DNA from: Oscillospiraceae bacterium
Lineage (GTDB): Bacteria; Bacillota; Clostridia; Oscillospirales; CAG-272
Assembly (NCBI GenBank): GCA_015064135.1
Contig: SVSU01000003.1
Coordinates: forward strand, 1 to 42,621
Reading direction: 5' to 3'
DNA length: 42,621 nt
The position numbers and the translations under genes are program-made. This document shows positions 19,056 through 27,336 of this stretch, piece after piece; positions within the stretch are counted from its first letter, which is position 1; each line of letters starts with the position of its first letter. The notes below the pieces were generated by a model. It made no database searches and was not told the DNA's origin. It worked only from the letters and a program-made list of their open reading frames with translations.

Positions 19056-20135
19056 TCAGTCCGAGATGACCTGTATCAATCGTGCGTGGAGGGCGTAGCG
19101 CTGTGTGTAATAGCCGTTTGTGCAGGTGGAGAGGGTCAGGAGACGGTCATTTTCCCCAAAGACGATGTCTTTTTCGGTGGCTGCCGTGTTGCCCTTTATC
19201 TCCTCGGCAAAGGTGAGAAATTCTTCTTCCGTTGCAAACTGCGTTTTGAAGTAGTTGTAATCAAAGCGGGATTCGTAGAAGGAAAAGGGCTCGTAGATGA
19301 ACACACCGTCGTTGGTGTAGACGTAGATGAGGTTGTCTGCCATGTAGTCATCACGGGCAAATTTGGTTACATCGTGGAACATTCCGCCCGTTCTCAGATT
19401 GTGACCGTAGAATACAGTGTTGAGGTTTTCGTCAATGGCAGGATCATTGCGGTAGTCGACGAAGATGGAGCCCTCGGGAAGAAATTCTCCCGTATAGGCG
19501 TGATTCAGGTAAAAATCGTTATCCTCACCCTGTACAAGCGGGTAGTTGATCTGCGTTCCCTCCACGGTGATCCAGCCGTATATGTCGGGGTTGATTCTGG
19601 CAAGGGAGGCAAGTCCGGCGCGCATTTTCTCAAGCTCCTCGTTGTATTCTTTTCTGCTTTCGTCGTTTGCGGAGTTTTCTCTGTCCATGCTTTCAGACCA
19701 GGTGGGCAGAGCATTGTTTTCAGAATCGGCCAAAAGACGTTTAACCGCACCGTTGTCCGCTTCATTCCCATCGGAGATATTGAAATCAAAGCCTGCGCTG
19801 AAAAATTCCTCCTCCAATTTGCCGTAAATCTCGGCGGCCTTTTGTTTGGAGAGTGCATCTTTTACGAGGAGCAGGCAGCTTACCGCAAAGGTAAGGGAGA
19901 AAACACCAAGGAGAATCCGTCGGGGAAGATCCCCGTTTTTCTTTTTTGGAGCCATGTTTGGGGGGAGTTCAATATCCTCTTCGCTGAGCTGATCCACGGA
20001 GTTAAGAAACCGCCCGTTTTCGCAGATGCTTTCAGTCTCCGCAAGGGACAGCTCAAATTCCGAATTCTCATTGATTCCCTCCGTCTCCTCCTCATCCCGT
20101 GGGGAAAATCTATTTATAAAATCTTTAAACTTCAT
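19056..20135 (-). CDS. srtB: Class B sortase
   Basis: N-terminal TM anchor; INPDIYGWI, INYPLVQ, DNDFYL, YGHN, and catalytic TLSTC...R. Confidence 0.92.
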   Translation of the reverse strand: MKFKDFINRFSPRDEEETEGINENSEFELSLAETESICENGRFLNSVDQLSEEDIELPPNMAPKKKNGDLPRRILLGVFSLTFAVSCLLLVKDALSKQKAAEIYGKLEEEFFSAGFDFNISDGNEADNGAVKRLLADSENNALPTWSESMDRENSANDESRKEYNEELEKMRAGLASLARINPDIYGWITVEGTQINYPLVQGEDNDFYLNHAYTGEFLPEGSIFVDYRNDPAIDENLNTVFYGHNLRTGGMFHDVTKFARDDYMADNLIYVYTNDGVFIYEPFSFYESRFDYNYFKTQFATEEEFLTFAEEIKGNTAATEKDIVFGENDRLLTLSTCTNGYYTQRYALHARLIQVISD

Positions 20136-20348
20136 GATTACCTCTGAGCGCGGCAAAAAACCGCATAATACCGGATAATAATATTATATAACAATTTTTT
20201 CGTTTTACAAGAGGGCTTTGCAATAACTTGATGAAAATTTATTGTCTGTTTACATTTTCCCCGACAGGCATAATTTTTTTTTCGCCGCAAATAATAAAAA
20301 AGCGTTTTGCAAAGAAATTCGGAGCATATGAAAGGGAAGGTGTCATTT

Positions 20349-20795
20349 ATGAACAAAAAGAAAAACACGGAAGAATTGCTGTCCGAGGTATACAAAAACG
20401 TGACCATGGGCAGCGAGAATCTGGGGAACATGGTTCCTATGATAAAGGACAGATTTATGATGACAAACGTGACCTGCCAAATGGAGAAATACTCATCCTT
20501 CACCCGTCAGGCGGACAGCTTGCTGAAACGGCAGGCGGTCAAGCCGGAGAAACTTTCCCCCATGAAGAAAGCAATGGCGCGTGCAGGAGCGTCCCTGAAC
20601 ACCCTCTTTGATTCTTCCGATGGGCATATCGCGGATATGATCGTAAAAGGAACGAAAATGGGGGCAGATTCCCTTGAGAGAACCCTGTGCCGTATTGAGG
20701 AGCAGGGGGCAGAGGAAGATGCTGTTGCTCTCGCCCGAGCCGTGGTGGCGTTTGAACGTGAGGAATCGGAAAAAATGAAGGATTTCGGGCATTGA
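20349..20795 (+). CDS. Conserved clostridial helical protein (ferritin-like, possibly sporulation-related)
   Basis: GGAAGG RBS; LLSEVYKNVTMG and DSSDGHIADMIVKGTKMG motifs. Function uncertain. Confidence 0.6.
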   Translation: MNKKKNTEELLSEVYKNVTMGSENLGNMVPMIKDRFMMTNVTCQMEKYSSFTRQADSLLKRQAVKPEKLSPMKKAMARAGASLNTLFDSSDGHIADMIVKGTKMGADSLERTLCRIEEQGAEEDAVALARAVVAFEREESEKMKDFGH

Positions 20796-20853
20796 CCGCG
20801 CCTTGTGCCATTCGGCTGTTTTTGTTTTGCAGGCAAAATGAGAGGGCGGTATT

Positions 20854-21513
20854 TCACAACAGCCTGAAGCGATTCTTTTCGCTTTCGAGAATCCCTTCCT
20901 TCCGCAGTTTGCCGATCTCTGCCGACAGTCCGCTGCGGTCTACCTCAAGATAATCAGCAAGCTCCTGACGGTCAAAGGGAATCTCAAACTCAGGTTTTCC
21001 TTCCTTCTTCGCGCAGAACATCAGGTAAGTCATCAGCTTATCCCTTGTTGTTTTCTGTGAAGTTATTTCAAGTTTACGGTGAAACAGGATGGTCTTTGAG
21101 GCTAAATCTTTCATAAGATTAAAGATAAGCTGTTGGTGGAAGCCGCAGTTGTTTTTGCAGGTGTGCAGAATGTGGCCGCAGTCGATGAGCATGACCTGCG
21201 AAGGTTCGTTTGCTATCACGGAAACGGGAAGGGCGGAAACCTCGGCGCAGGCAAAAGCTTCGGCAAACACCTCGGATTCTCTTATTTCGGCAAGAAGGCT
21301 TCTGTTGCCGTAGTAATCGTTCCGCACAATCTGTGCCTTCCCCGACAGCATAATGCCGATATATCGCGCCTTTGTTCCTTCCGTGAGAATGGTGTATTTT
21401 TTGTCAAAGTTTTCTACTCTCGCCCCAAGGCAGACCAGCATCTTCAGCAGGTCGCAGTCCTCAATACAGGAAAATAAGGGGCATTGGCGCAGTACCGGCA
21501 GGTATTTTTCCAT
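20854..21513 (-). CDS. Crp/Fnr-family regulator (HcpR-like)
   Basis: cNMP-type domain (FAEAFAC, CKNNCGFH) and HTH RQELADYLEVDRSGLS. Confidence 0.92.
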   Translation of the reverse strand: MEKYLPVLRQCPLFSCIEDCDLLKMLVCLGARVENFDKKYTILTEGTKARYIGIMLSGKAQIVRNDYYGNRSLLAEIRESEVFAEAFACAEVSALPVSVIANEPSQVMLIDCGHILHTCKNNCGFHQQLIFNLMKDLASKTILFHRKLEITSQKTTRDKLMTYLMFCAKKEGKPEFEIPFDRQELADYLEVDRSGLSAEIGKLRKEGILESEKNRFRLL

Positions 21514-21537
21514 TTTTAATCCTCAAAAAAACTTTTT

Positions 21538-21580
21538 TGTTGAAAATTCAACATACATTATGGAAGTATTATACTATAAT
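21538..21580 (+). promoter_or_regulatory. Crp/Fnr-type palindrome and -10 of the ldhA operon promoter
   Basis: TGTTGAAAATTCAACA (21538-21553), centred about -41.5 relative to the start implied by TATAAT (21575-21580). Poor -35, consistent with class II activation geometry. Confidence 0.7.
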
Positions 21581-21608
21581 ATAACCATAAAAGCAAGGAG
21601 GAAACGGA

Positions 21609-22664
21609 ATGAAAGTCGCTTTTTTTGATACAAAGCCATATGATGTACCCGGATTTGAGAAATACGGCGAGAAGTATGGCATAGAATATAAATTTTTTGA
21701 AACAAAACTGAACGAGGACACAGTAGAGCTGGCGGCAGGTGCGCAAGCGGTATGTGTGTTCGTCAACGACACTGTAAATGCGGCAGTGATCGACAGACTG
21801 GCAGGGCTGGGTGTGAAGGCAGTGGCTCTGCGGTGCGCAGGATACAACAATGTGGATATGCAGTACGCCTTCCGTAAAATCCGTGTGGTGCGAGTGCCTG
21901 CTTACTCTCCGTATGCTGTGGCTGAACACGCAATGGCAATGCTGCTCACCTCTGTCAGACGGATCCACAAGGCGTTCATTCGCACAAGGGACTACAACTT
22001 CAGCCTTGCCGGAATGACGGGCTTTGACCTTCACGGAAAAACGGTAGGCGTTGTGGGAACGGGCAAGATCGGACGAGTATTCATTGATATATGCCGCGGA
22101 TTCGGAATGAAGGTGCTTGCATACGACAAATACCCGACGGAGGGATTGGATAACGGCGATACGGTAAGGTATGTTTCATTTGATGAGCTTCTGGAGAAGA
22201 GCGATATTATATCTCTGCACTGTCCCCTGACGGATGATACATACCATCTTATAGATGAAAAAGCGCTGGAAAAATGCAGAAAGGGCGTGGTGCTCATCAA
22301 CACCTCAAGAGGTGCGCTTGTGGATGGCTCCGCACTCCTTGAAGGAATAAAATCGAGAAAGGTCGGAGCCGCCTGCCTTGATGTTTACGAGGAGGAATCG
22401 GATATCTTTTTCGAGGACAACTCGGGACACATCCTTGATGACGACACTTTGGCGCGGCTTATTTCCATGCCCAACGTGATCGTCACATCCCATCAGGCAT
22501 TTCTCACCGAGGAAGCCCTTCAGAATATTGCCGAGACGACGGTGAATAATCTTTGCGACATTGCTCGGAATGATCGGTGCGTGAATGAGATATGCTACCG
22601 ATGCAGCTGCGCTGAAAACGGATGCGGAAAAGACGGATGCTGCAGAAAATCACAGAATGGATAA
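21609..22664 (+). CDS. ldhA: D-lactate dehydrogenase / D-2-hydroxyacid dehydrogenase
   Basis: ALRCAGYNNVD, RVPAYSPYAVAEH, GTGKIG, INTSRG, LDVYEEE and HQAFLT motifs. Confidence 0.9.
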   Translation: MKVAFFDTKPYDVPGFEKYGEKYGIEYKFFETKLNEDTVELAAGAQAVCVFVNDTVNAAVIDRLAGLGVKAVALRCAGYNNVDMQYAFRKIRVVRVPAYSPYAVAEHAMAMLLTSVRRIHKAFIRTRDYNFSLAGMTGFDLHGKTVGVVGTGKIGRVFIDICRGFGMKVLAYDKYPTEGLDNGDTVRYVSFDELLEKSDIISLHCPLTDDTYHLIDEKALEKCRKGVVLINTSRGALVDGSALLEGIKSRKVGAACLDVYEEESDIFFEDNSGHILDDDTLARLISMPNVIVTSHQAFLTEEALQNIAETTVNNLCDIARNDRCVNEICYRCSCAENGCGKDGCCRKSQNG

Positions 22665-22675
22665 AGGAGGCAGAC

Positions 22676-23392
22676 ATGAAAAGAAGGATTATCACCATAG
22701 ATGAAGAAAAGTGCAATGGATGCGGTGCCTGTGCGGCAGCCTGCCACGAGGGAGCCATTGAAATGGTAAACGGAAAAGCGAAGCTGACAAGGGAAGATTA
22801 CTGCGACGGGCTTGGGGATTGCCTCCCTGCCTGTCCAACGGATGCCATTCGCTTTGAGATGCGCGAGGCGCCGGCATATGATGAAGCGGCTGTGATGGCG
22901 GCAAAGGCGAAAAAGACGGGGCAGGGGTTGAAGGAAGGCATGAAGCCCCCATGCGGCTGTCCCGGCACTCAATCAAAGACCATAAAGAGAGAACAGCCGC
23001 CCGTTACGGCGAGACCGCAGTTGATGGTAAGCCAGCTTCAGCAGTGGCCCTGCCAGATCAAGCTGGTGCCCGTCAATGCGCCGTACTTCGACGGAGCAAA
23101 CCTGCTTATTGCGGCAGACTGCACAGCGTATGCCTACGGAAACTTCCACAACGATTTCATAAGGAATCACATTACCTTAATCGGCTGTCCCAAACTTGAC
23201 GAGGGGGATTATGCGGAAAAACTCACCGCAATCATCAGCAACAACGATATCAAAAGCGTGAAAATCGTCCGAATGGAGGTTCCCTGCTGCGGCGGAATTG
23301 AAAATGCGGTAAAGCGCGCCCTTCGTGACAGCGGAAAGTTTATCCCGTGGCAGGTTGTGACCATTACCACAGATGGAAAAATTTTGGAATAA
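22676..23392 (+). CDS. 2x[4Fe-4S] ferredoxin-domain protein (type usually found next to hcp)
   Basis: CNGCGACAAACHEGAI, CDGLGDCLPACP, CGCPG, QWPCQIKL, GCPKLD and MEVPCC motifs. AAGGAGG RBS. Confidence 0.88.
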   Translation: MKRRIITIDEEKCNGCGACAAACHEGAIEMVNGKAKLTREDYCDGLGDCLPACPTDAIRFEMREAPAYDEAAVMAAKAKKTGQGLKEGMKPPCGCPGTQSKTIKREQPPVTARPQLMVSQLQQWPCQIKLVPVNAPYFDGANLLIAADCTAYAYGNFHNDFIRNHITLIGCPKLDEGDYAEKLTAIISNNDIKSVKIVRMEVPCCGGIENAVKRALRDSGKFIPWQVVTITTDGKILE

Positions 23393-23406
23393 GTCACGAA
23401 TATGTA

Positions 23407-23435
23407 TTGAATTTTACAAATAAAACCATTATACT
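23407..23435 (+). promoter_or_regulatory. Sigma-A promoter for the flavodiiron gene
   Basis: TTGAAT-17 bp-TATACT. Confidence 0.65.
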
Positions 23436-23478
23436 TATAGTAAGATAAATTACATTAAAGCAAAAAACGGAGGCAATC

Positions 23479-25269
23479 ATGTTTATTACGGATACCATCA
23501 AATACATCGGCGTCAATGACCGCAAGGTAGACCTGTTCGAGGGGCAGTATAAGGTGCCGAACGGAATCTCCTACAATTCCTATGTTATCATGGACGAGAA
23601 GATCGCCGTCATGGATACCGCAGACGCCAATTTCACCCATGAATGGCTGGATAATCTCCAGAATGTGCTCGGCAGCAGAAAGCCCGACTATCTGGTAATT
23701 CAGCATATGGAACCCGACCATGCGGCGAATATCCACACCTTTGCAAAGGCATATCCCGATGCCGTCATCGTCTCCTCCGCCAAGGCATTTTCCATGATGA
23801 AGAATTTCTTCGGAACGGAATATGAGGACAGAAGGCTGGTAGTAAAGGAAGGAGATACTCTCCCCCTCGGATATCACACCCTGACCTTTGTGACCGCCCC
23901 CATGGTGCACTGGCCCGAGGTTATCGTAACCTACGACATGACGGAAAAGGTGCTCTTCTCCGCGGACGGCTTCGGAAAATTCGGTGCATTGGATACGGAT
24001 GAGCCCTGGGAGGATGAAGCCAGACGGTATTATATCGGTATTGTCGGCAAGTACGGCGCGCAGGTTCAGCATCTTCTGAAAAAGGCGGCAGGACTGGATA
24101 TTTCCATGATCTGTCCCCTCCACGGTCCCGTGCTGAAGGAGAACCTCGGACATTATCTGAGCCTCTATAACACCTGGTCAAGCTACCAGCCCGAGGAGGA
24201 AGGTATCCTGATTGCATATACCTCCATCTACGGCAATACCAAAAAAGCAGTTCAGAAGCTGGCGGAAAAGCTGGCGGCAAACGGATGCCCCAAGGTCGTT
24301 GTCCATGATCTTGCAAGATGCGATATGTCGGAGGCTGTGTCGGAAGCGTTCCGTCTCAGCAAGCTGGTGCTCGCCACCACCACCTATAATGCGGAGATAT
24401 TCCCTCCCATGCGCGAGTTTATCAATCACCTGACCGAACGGAATTTCCAGAACCGCACCGTGGGTCTCATCGAAAACGGAGGCTGGGCGCCCCTGGCTGC
24501 AAAGGTGATGCGCGAGCTTCTTGAGAAGAGCAGCAATCTGACCTTTACCGATACCACGGTGAAGATCCTCTCCGCAATGAACGATGAAAGTGCCGCACAG
24601 CTTGACGCACTGGCTGAGGAACTGTGCAGAGAGTACCTGGCACAGCAGGATGCCACAGCGAACAAGAACGATCTTACCGCACTGTTCAACATCGGCTACG
24701 GACTTTATGTGGTAACATCCAACGACGGCAAGAAGGACAACGGATTGATCGTAAACACGGTCACACAGGTGACAAACACCCCCAACCGTATTGCTGTCAC
24801 CATCAATAAGGAAAGCTATTCTCATCATGTTATCAAGCAGACGGGGAAGATGAACATCAATTTCCTGACAGAGGATGCCCCCTTCGCAGTATTTGAGCAG
24901 TTCGGCTTCAAGAGTGGAAGAAATACGGATAAATTTGCGGAATGCGAGCCTCTCCGTTCCGACAACGGACTGGTGTTCCTCCCTCGTTATATCAATTCCT
25001 TTATGTCCCTTGTGGTGGAGCAGTATATTGACCTTGATACTCACGGTATGTTCATCTGCTCCGTGACCGAGGCGAGAGTTCTTTCCGACAGACCTTCCAT
25101 GACATACGCCTACTATCACAGCAATGTGAAGCCCAAGCCCGAAACGGAAGGAAAGAAGGGCTATGTGTGCAAGATCTGCGGCTATGTGTACGAAGGCGAT
25201 GTCCTTCCCGACGATTTCATCTGCCCCCTGTGCAAGCACGGCGCGGCTGATTTTGAACCCATTCAATAA
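23479..25269 (+). CDS. fprA: Flavodiiron protein fused to flavin-reductase and rubredoxin domains
   Basis: HMEPDH, HWPE, SADGFG and PLHGP di-iron ligands; flavodoxin TSIYGNT; flavin reductase GYGLYVV...FGFKSGR..DKF...HGMF; rubredoxin CKICGY...CPLC. Confidence 0.92.
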   Translation: MFITDTIKYIGVNDRKVDLFEGQYKVPNGISYNSYVIMDEKIAVMDTADANFTHEWLDNLQNVLGSRKPDYLVIQHMEPDHAANIHTFAKAYPDAVIVSSAKAFSMMKNFFGTEYEDRRLVVKEGDTLPLGYHTLTFVTAPMVHWPEVIVTYDMTEKVLFSADGFGKFGALDTDEPWEDEARRYYIGIVGKYGAQVQHLLKKAAGLDISMICPLHGPVLKENLGHYLSLYNTWSSYQPEEEGILIAYTSIYGNTKKAVQKLAEKLAANGCPKVVVHDLARCDMSEAVSEAFRLSKLVLATTTYNAEIFPPMREFINHLTERNFQNRTVGLIENGGWAPLAAKVMRELLEKSSNLTFTDTTVKILSAMNDESAAQLDALAEELCREYLAQQDATANKNDLTALFNIGYGLYVVTSNDGKKDNGLIVNTVTQVTNTPNRIAVTINKESYSHHVIKQTGKMNINFLTEDAPFAVFEQFGFKSGRNTDKFAECEPLRSDNGLVFLPRYINSFMSLVVEQYIDLDTHGMFICSVTEARVLSDRPSMTYAYYHSNVKPKPETEGKKGYVCKICGYVYEGDVLPDDFICPLCKHGAADFEPIQ

Positions 25270-25279
25270 GGGGAAGGAT

Positions 25280-25332
25280 GGGGAAAACTTTTTTTAAAAG
25301 AGGTTTTCCCCAAACCCCTTTTAAAAAACTTT
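25280..25332. repeat. Short palindromic intergenic element (REP/MITE-like), copy B
   Basis: GGGGAAAACTTTTTTTAAAAGAGGTTTTCCCC-AAA-CCCCTTTTAAAAAACTTT. Confidence 0.5.
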
Positions 25333-25359
25333 ATATATGCATAAATGGAGGATTCGATT

Positions 25360-25872
25360 ATGATGAATGCAAAGGTTCGTGAATTGCTGAACGATCAGAT
25401 CAACAAGGAATTATATTCCGCTTATCTTTACCTTTCCTTTTCCAATTATTTTGAAGAAAAAGGGCTTGACGGATTCGCCAACTGGTATATGATCCAGGCG
25501 CAGGAGGAACGCGACCATGCCATGTTGTTCTATACATACCTGCAGAACAACAACGAAAAGGTAACACTGGGCGCCATCGACAAGCCCACAGAGGAGTTCG
25601 AGAGCAATATGGCGGTTCTTGAGGCCGGGCTTAACCACGAGATCTATGTCACATCCCTCATCAACGATATTTACGCGGCGGCATATGAGGTGAAGGATTT
25701 CCGTACCATGCAGTTCCTTGACTGGTTCGTAAAGGAGCAGGGCGAGGAGGAGACAAACGCCAACGACCTGATCTCCAAAATGGAGCTGTTCGGCTCCGAT
25801 CCGAAGAGTCTGTATATGCTGAATCAGGAGCTGGGCGCAAGGGTATACACCGCACCGTCTCTGGTTCTGTAA
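25360..25872 (+). CDS. ftnA: Non-haem ferritin
   Basis: LNDQINKELYSAYLY, QAQEERDHA and FLDWFVKEQGEEE ferroxidase residues. Confidence 0.95.
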   Translation: MMNAKVRELLNDQINKELYSAYLYLSFSNYFEEKGLDGFANWYMIQAQEERDHAMLFYTYLQNNNEKVTLGAIDKPTEEFESNMAVLEAGLNHEIYVTSLINDIYAAAYEVKDFRTMQFLDWFVKEQGEEETNANDLISKMELFGSDPKSLYMLNQELGARVYTAPSLVL

Positions 25873-25884
25873 GAGGTATTGGCA

Positions 25885-26094
25885 ATGAAAGAAAACTACA
25901 TGGTATGCAACTGCAAAAAGGTCAGCTTTTACGATATTGCAGATGCCCTGCACGAAAACAAATCATTTGACGATGTGCTGATGGCATTCGAGGACGTGAA
26001 GAAAGTTACTCATTGCTCAACGGGATGCGGCGGATGCCACGACAAGGTTCTGAAGGTGATCTCCGACATTCTGATGGGTTACGAGAATGTGTAA
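25885..26094 (+). CDS. BFD-like [2Fe-2S] protein
   Basis: VCNCKKV...CSTGCGGC; directly after ferritin. Confidence 0.88.
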   Translation: MKENYMVCNCKKVSFYDIADALHENKSFDDVLMAFEDVKKVTHCSTGCGGCHDKVLKVISDILMGYENV

Positions 26095-26111
26095 CGGCTT
26101 GATTTGAATAA

Positions 26112-26180
26112 TAAAAAGAGGGTCTGTACCGCAGAGCTCCTTCCAAAAATGGGAGGCTCGGGGAACAGACCCGTTTTTTC
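26112..26180. terminator. Bidirectional terminator with nested hairpin
   Basis: AAAAAGAGAGGGTCTGT...ACAGACCCGTTTTTT enclosing an inner GAGCTCCTTCC/GGGAGGCTC stem. Confidence 0.7.
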
Positions 26181-26266
26181 GATGTTTTTTTCGCCAAAAA
26201 GATTGACAGCGCGCCTATGGATTGATTATACTATTATCATAATCGGACATAGGGCACGGAAACGCC

Positions 26267-27208
26267 TCAGCGAATAAGTTTTCTCATTTCCTCAGCCAAA
26301 AGCTCCATCTGACGGATGCAGAGCACATTATACTCCGTAAGGTCAGCGGCAGGACGCTTTCTTGTGAAAATGTCGGAGAGGGGCAGACCGATGATCTCCT
26401 TCAGATGGTACTTTGCGGTTACAGGATAAGCGAGGGCTTCGGTGAATGCTGCCATGGAAAGGGCAGACTGAAGCACATCGGCCTTCTCGGGCTCCTTTTC
26501 AAAGTTTTCGCACAGCCATACATACAGATCGGGATGGAAGTTGCACATAACACCGCAGTAACCCGAAGCGCCGCTTCTGACAGTTTCAAGAAGGGTCTGG
26601 GCGTTGGCGTTGTACAGCTTCATGGGGGTGCCCTCAATGAGCTTTACGCGGTGTGCCATCAGTGCGGCATCGCAGCAGGTGTCCTTCATGTAATAGAAAC
26701 GGCCGCTGTCTGCACAGAATGTCAGCATTTTGTCAGACATGAGACGCTTGTAGGGGGAAGGACATTCGTAAACGCCCAGGGGCATATCGGGCAGAGCGTC
26801 CATGAGACGGGTGGTGTCCGCAATCCATGCTTCGTCGCCTGTGTTTGCGATATCCATGCGGTTGGAGATGAGTATAAGAGTGTCGATACCCACAGCATTG
26901 ATGGACTGAAGCTCGTATACCTGATCCTCAAAGGAGTCGGAAATGTGTCCGGAGGCAACAACGGTCAGCCTCGGCTTGTCGGGATGGAGGGAAGAGAGCT
27001 CCGCTGCCCTGTCAACCACGGTTTTTGTGAGCTTTACACGCTCTGCTACGGTGAGATTGAAAATTTCGCTTGACTGGCAGGTGGCAAAGATACCGCCGCA
27101 GCCCTTTTCGTGATACCAGTCAACCATTGCCCGTGCAGCGCCGTAGTCAACGCTTCCGTCACGGTTGAAGGGCGTTACCATTGTAGGAAATGCCTGTGCT
27201 TTTGACAT
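26267..27208 (-). CDS. DHDPS/N-acetylneuraminate-lyase-family aldolase (not true DapA)
   Basis: MVTPF, CQSSE in place of GTTGE, YECPSPYKR and Schiff-base KDTCCD. Confidence 0.85.
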   Translation of the reverse strand: MSKAQAFPTMVTPFNRDGSVDYGAARAMVDWYHEKGCGGIFATCQSSEIFNLTVAERVKLTKTVVDRAAELSSLHPDKPRLTVVASGHISDSFEDQVYELQSINAVGIDTLILISNRMDIANTGDEAWIADTTRLMDALPDMPLGVYECPSPYKRLMSDKMLTFCADSGRFYYMKDTCCDAALMAHRVKLIEGTPMKLYNANAQTLLETVRSGASGYCGVMCNFHPDLYVWLCENFEKEPEKADVLQSALSMAAFTEALAYPVTAKYHLKEIIGLPLSDIFTRKRPAADLTEYNVLCIRQMELLAEEMRKLIR

Positions 27209-27250
27209 GATTGTATATACCTTTCTTTATGTTTTAATATTACCATCAGT

Positions 27251-27318
27251 ATTATACCACCGATTTGTTTCGAGGGCAATATCAAACGGAGACAAAAACA
27301 TATCAATTTCAGACAAAA
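27251..27318 (-). promoter_or_regulatory. Promoter of the aldolase gene with tandem AraC-type half-sites
   Basis: Minus strand TTGCCC-17 bp-TATAAT (27279-27251), abutted by a 21-bp-period direct repeat TATCAAnnnnAGACAAAA at 27280 and 27301. Confidence 0.7.
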
Positions 27319-27336
27319 TCGCGAAGGAGAAATCCC

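Noticed and set aside
20248-20275. Forespore sigma-F/G promoter (GTTTA...GGCATAAT) for the 20349 gene
   Set aside because: The spacing is imperfect and the region is AT-rich; too weak to call.
23436-23460. PerR/Fur box before fprA
   Set aside because: Plausible by context, but the AT-rich sequence is not a convincing palindrome.
26267-27208. Second dapA
   Set aside because: It lacks the GTTGE and PYYNK motifs; the true dapA is at 10515 behind the L-box.
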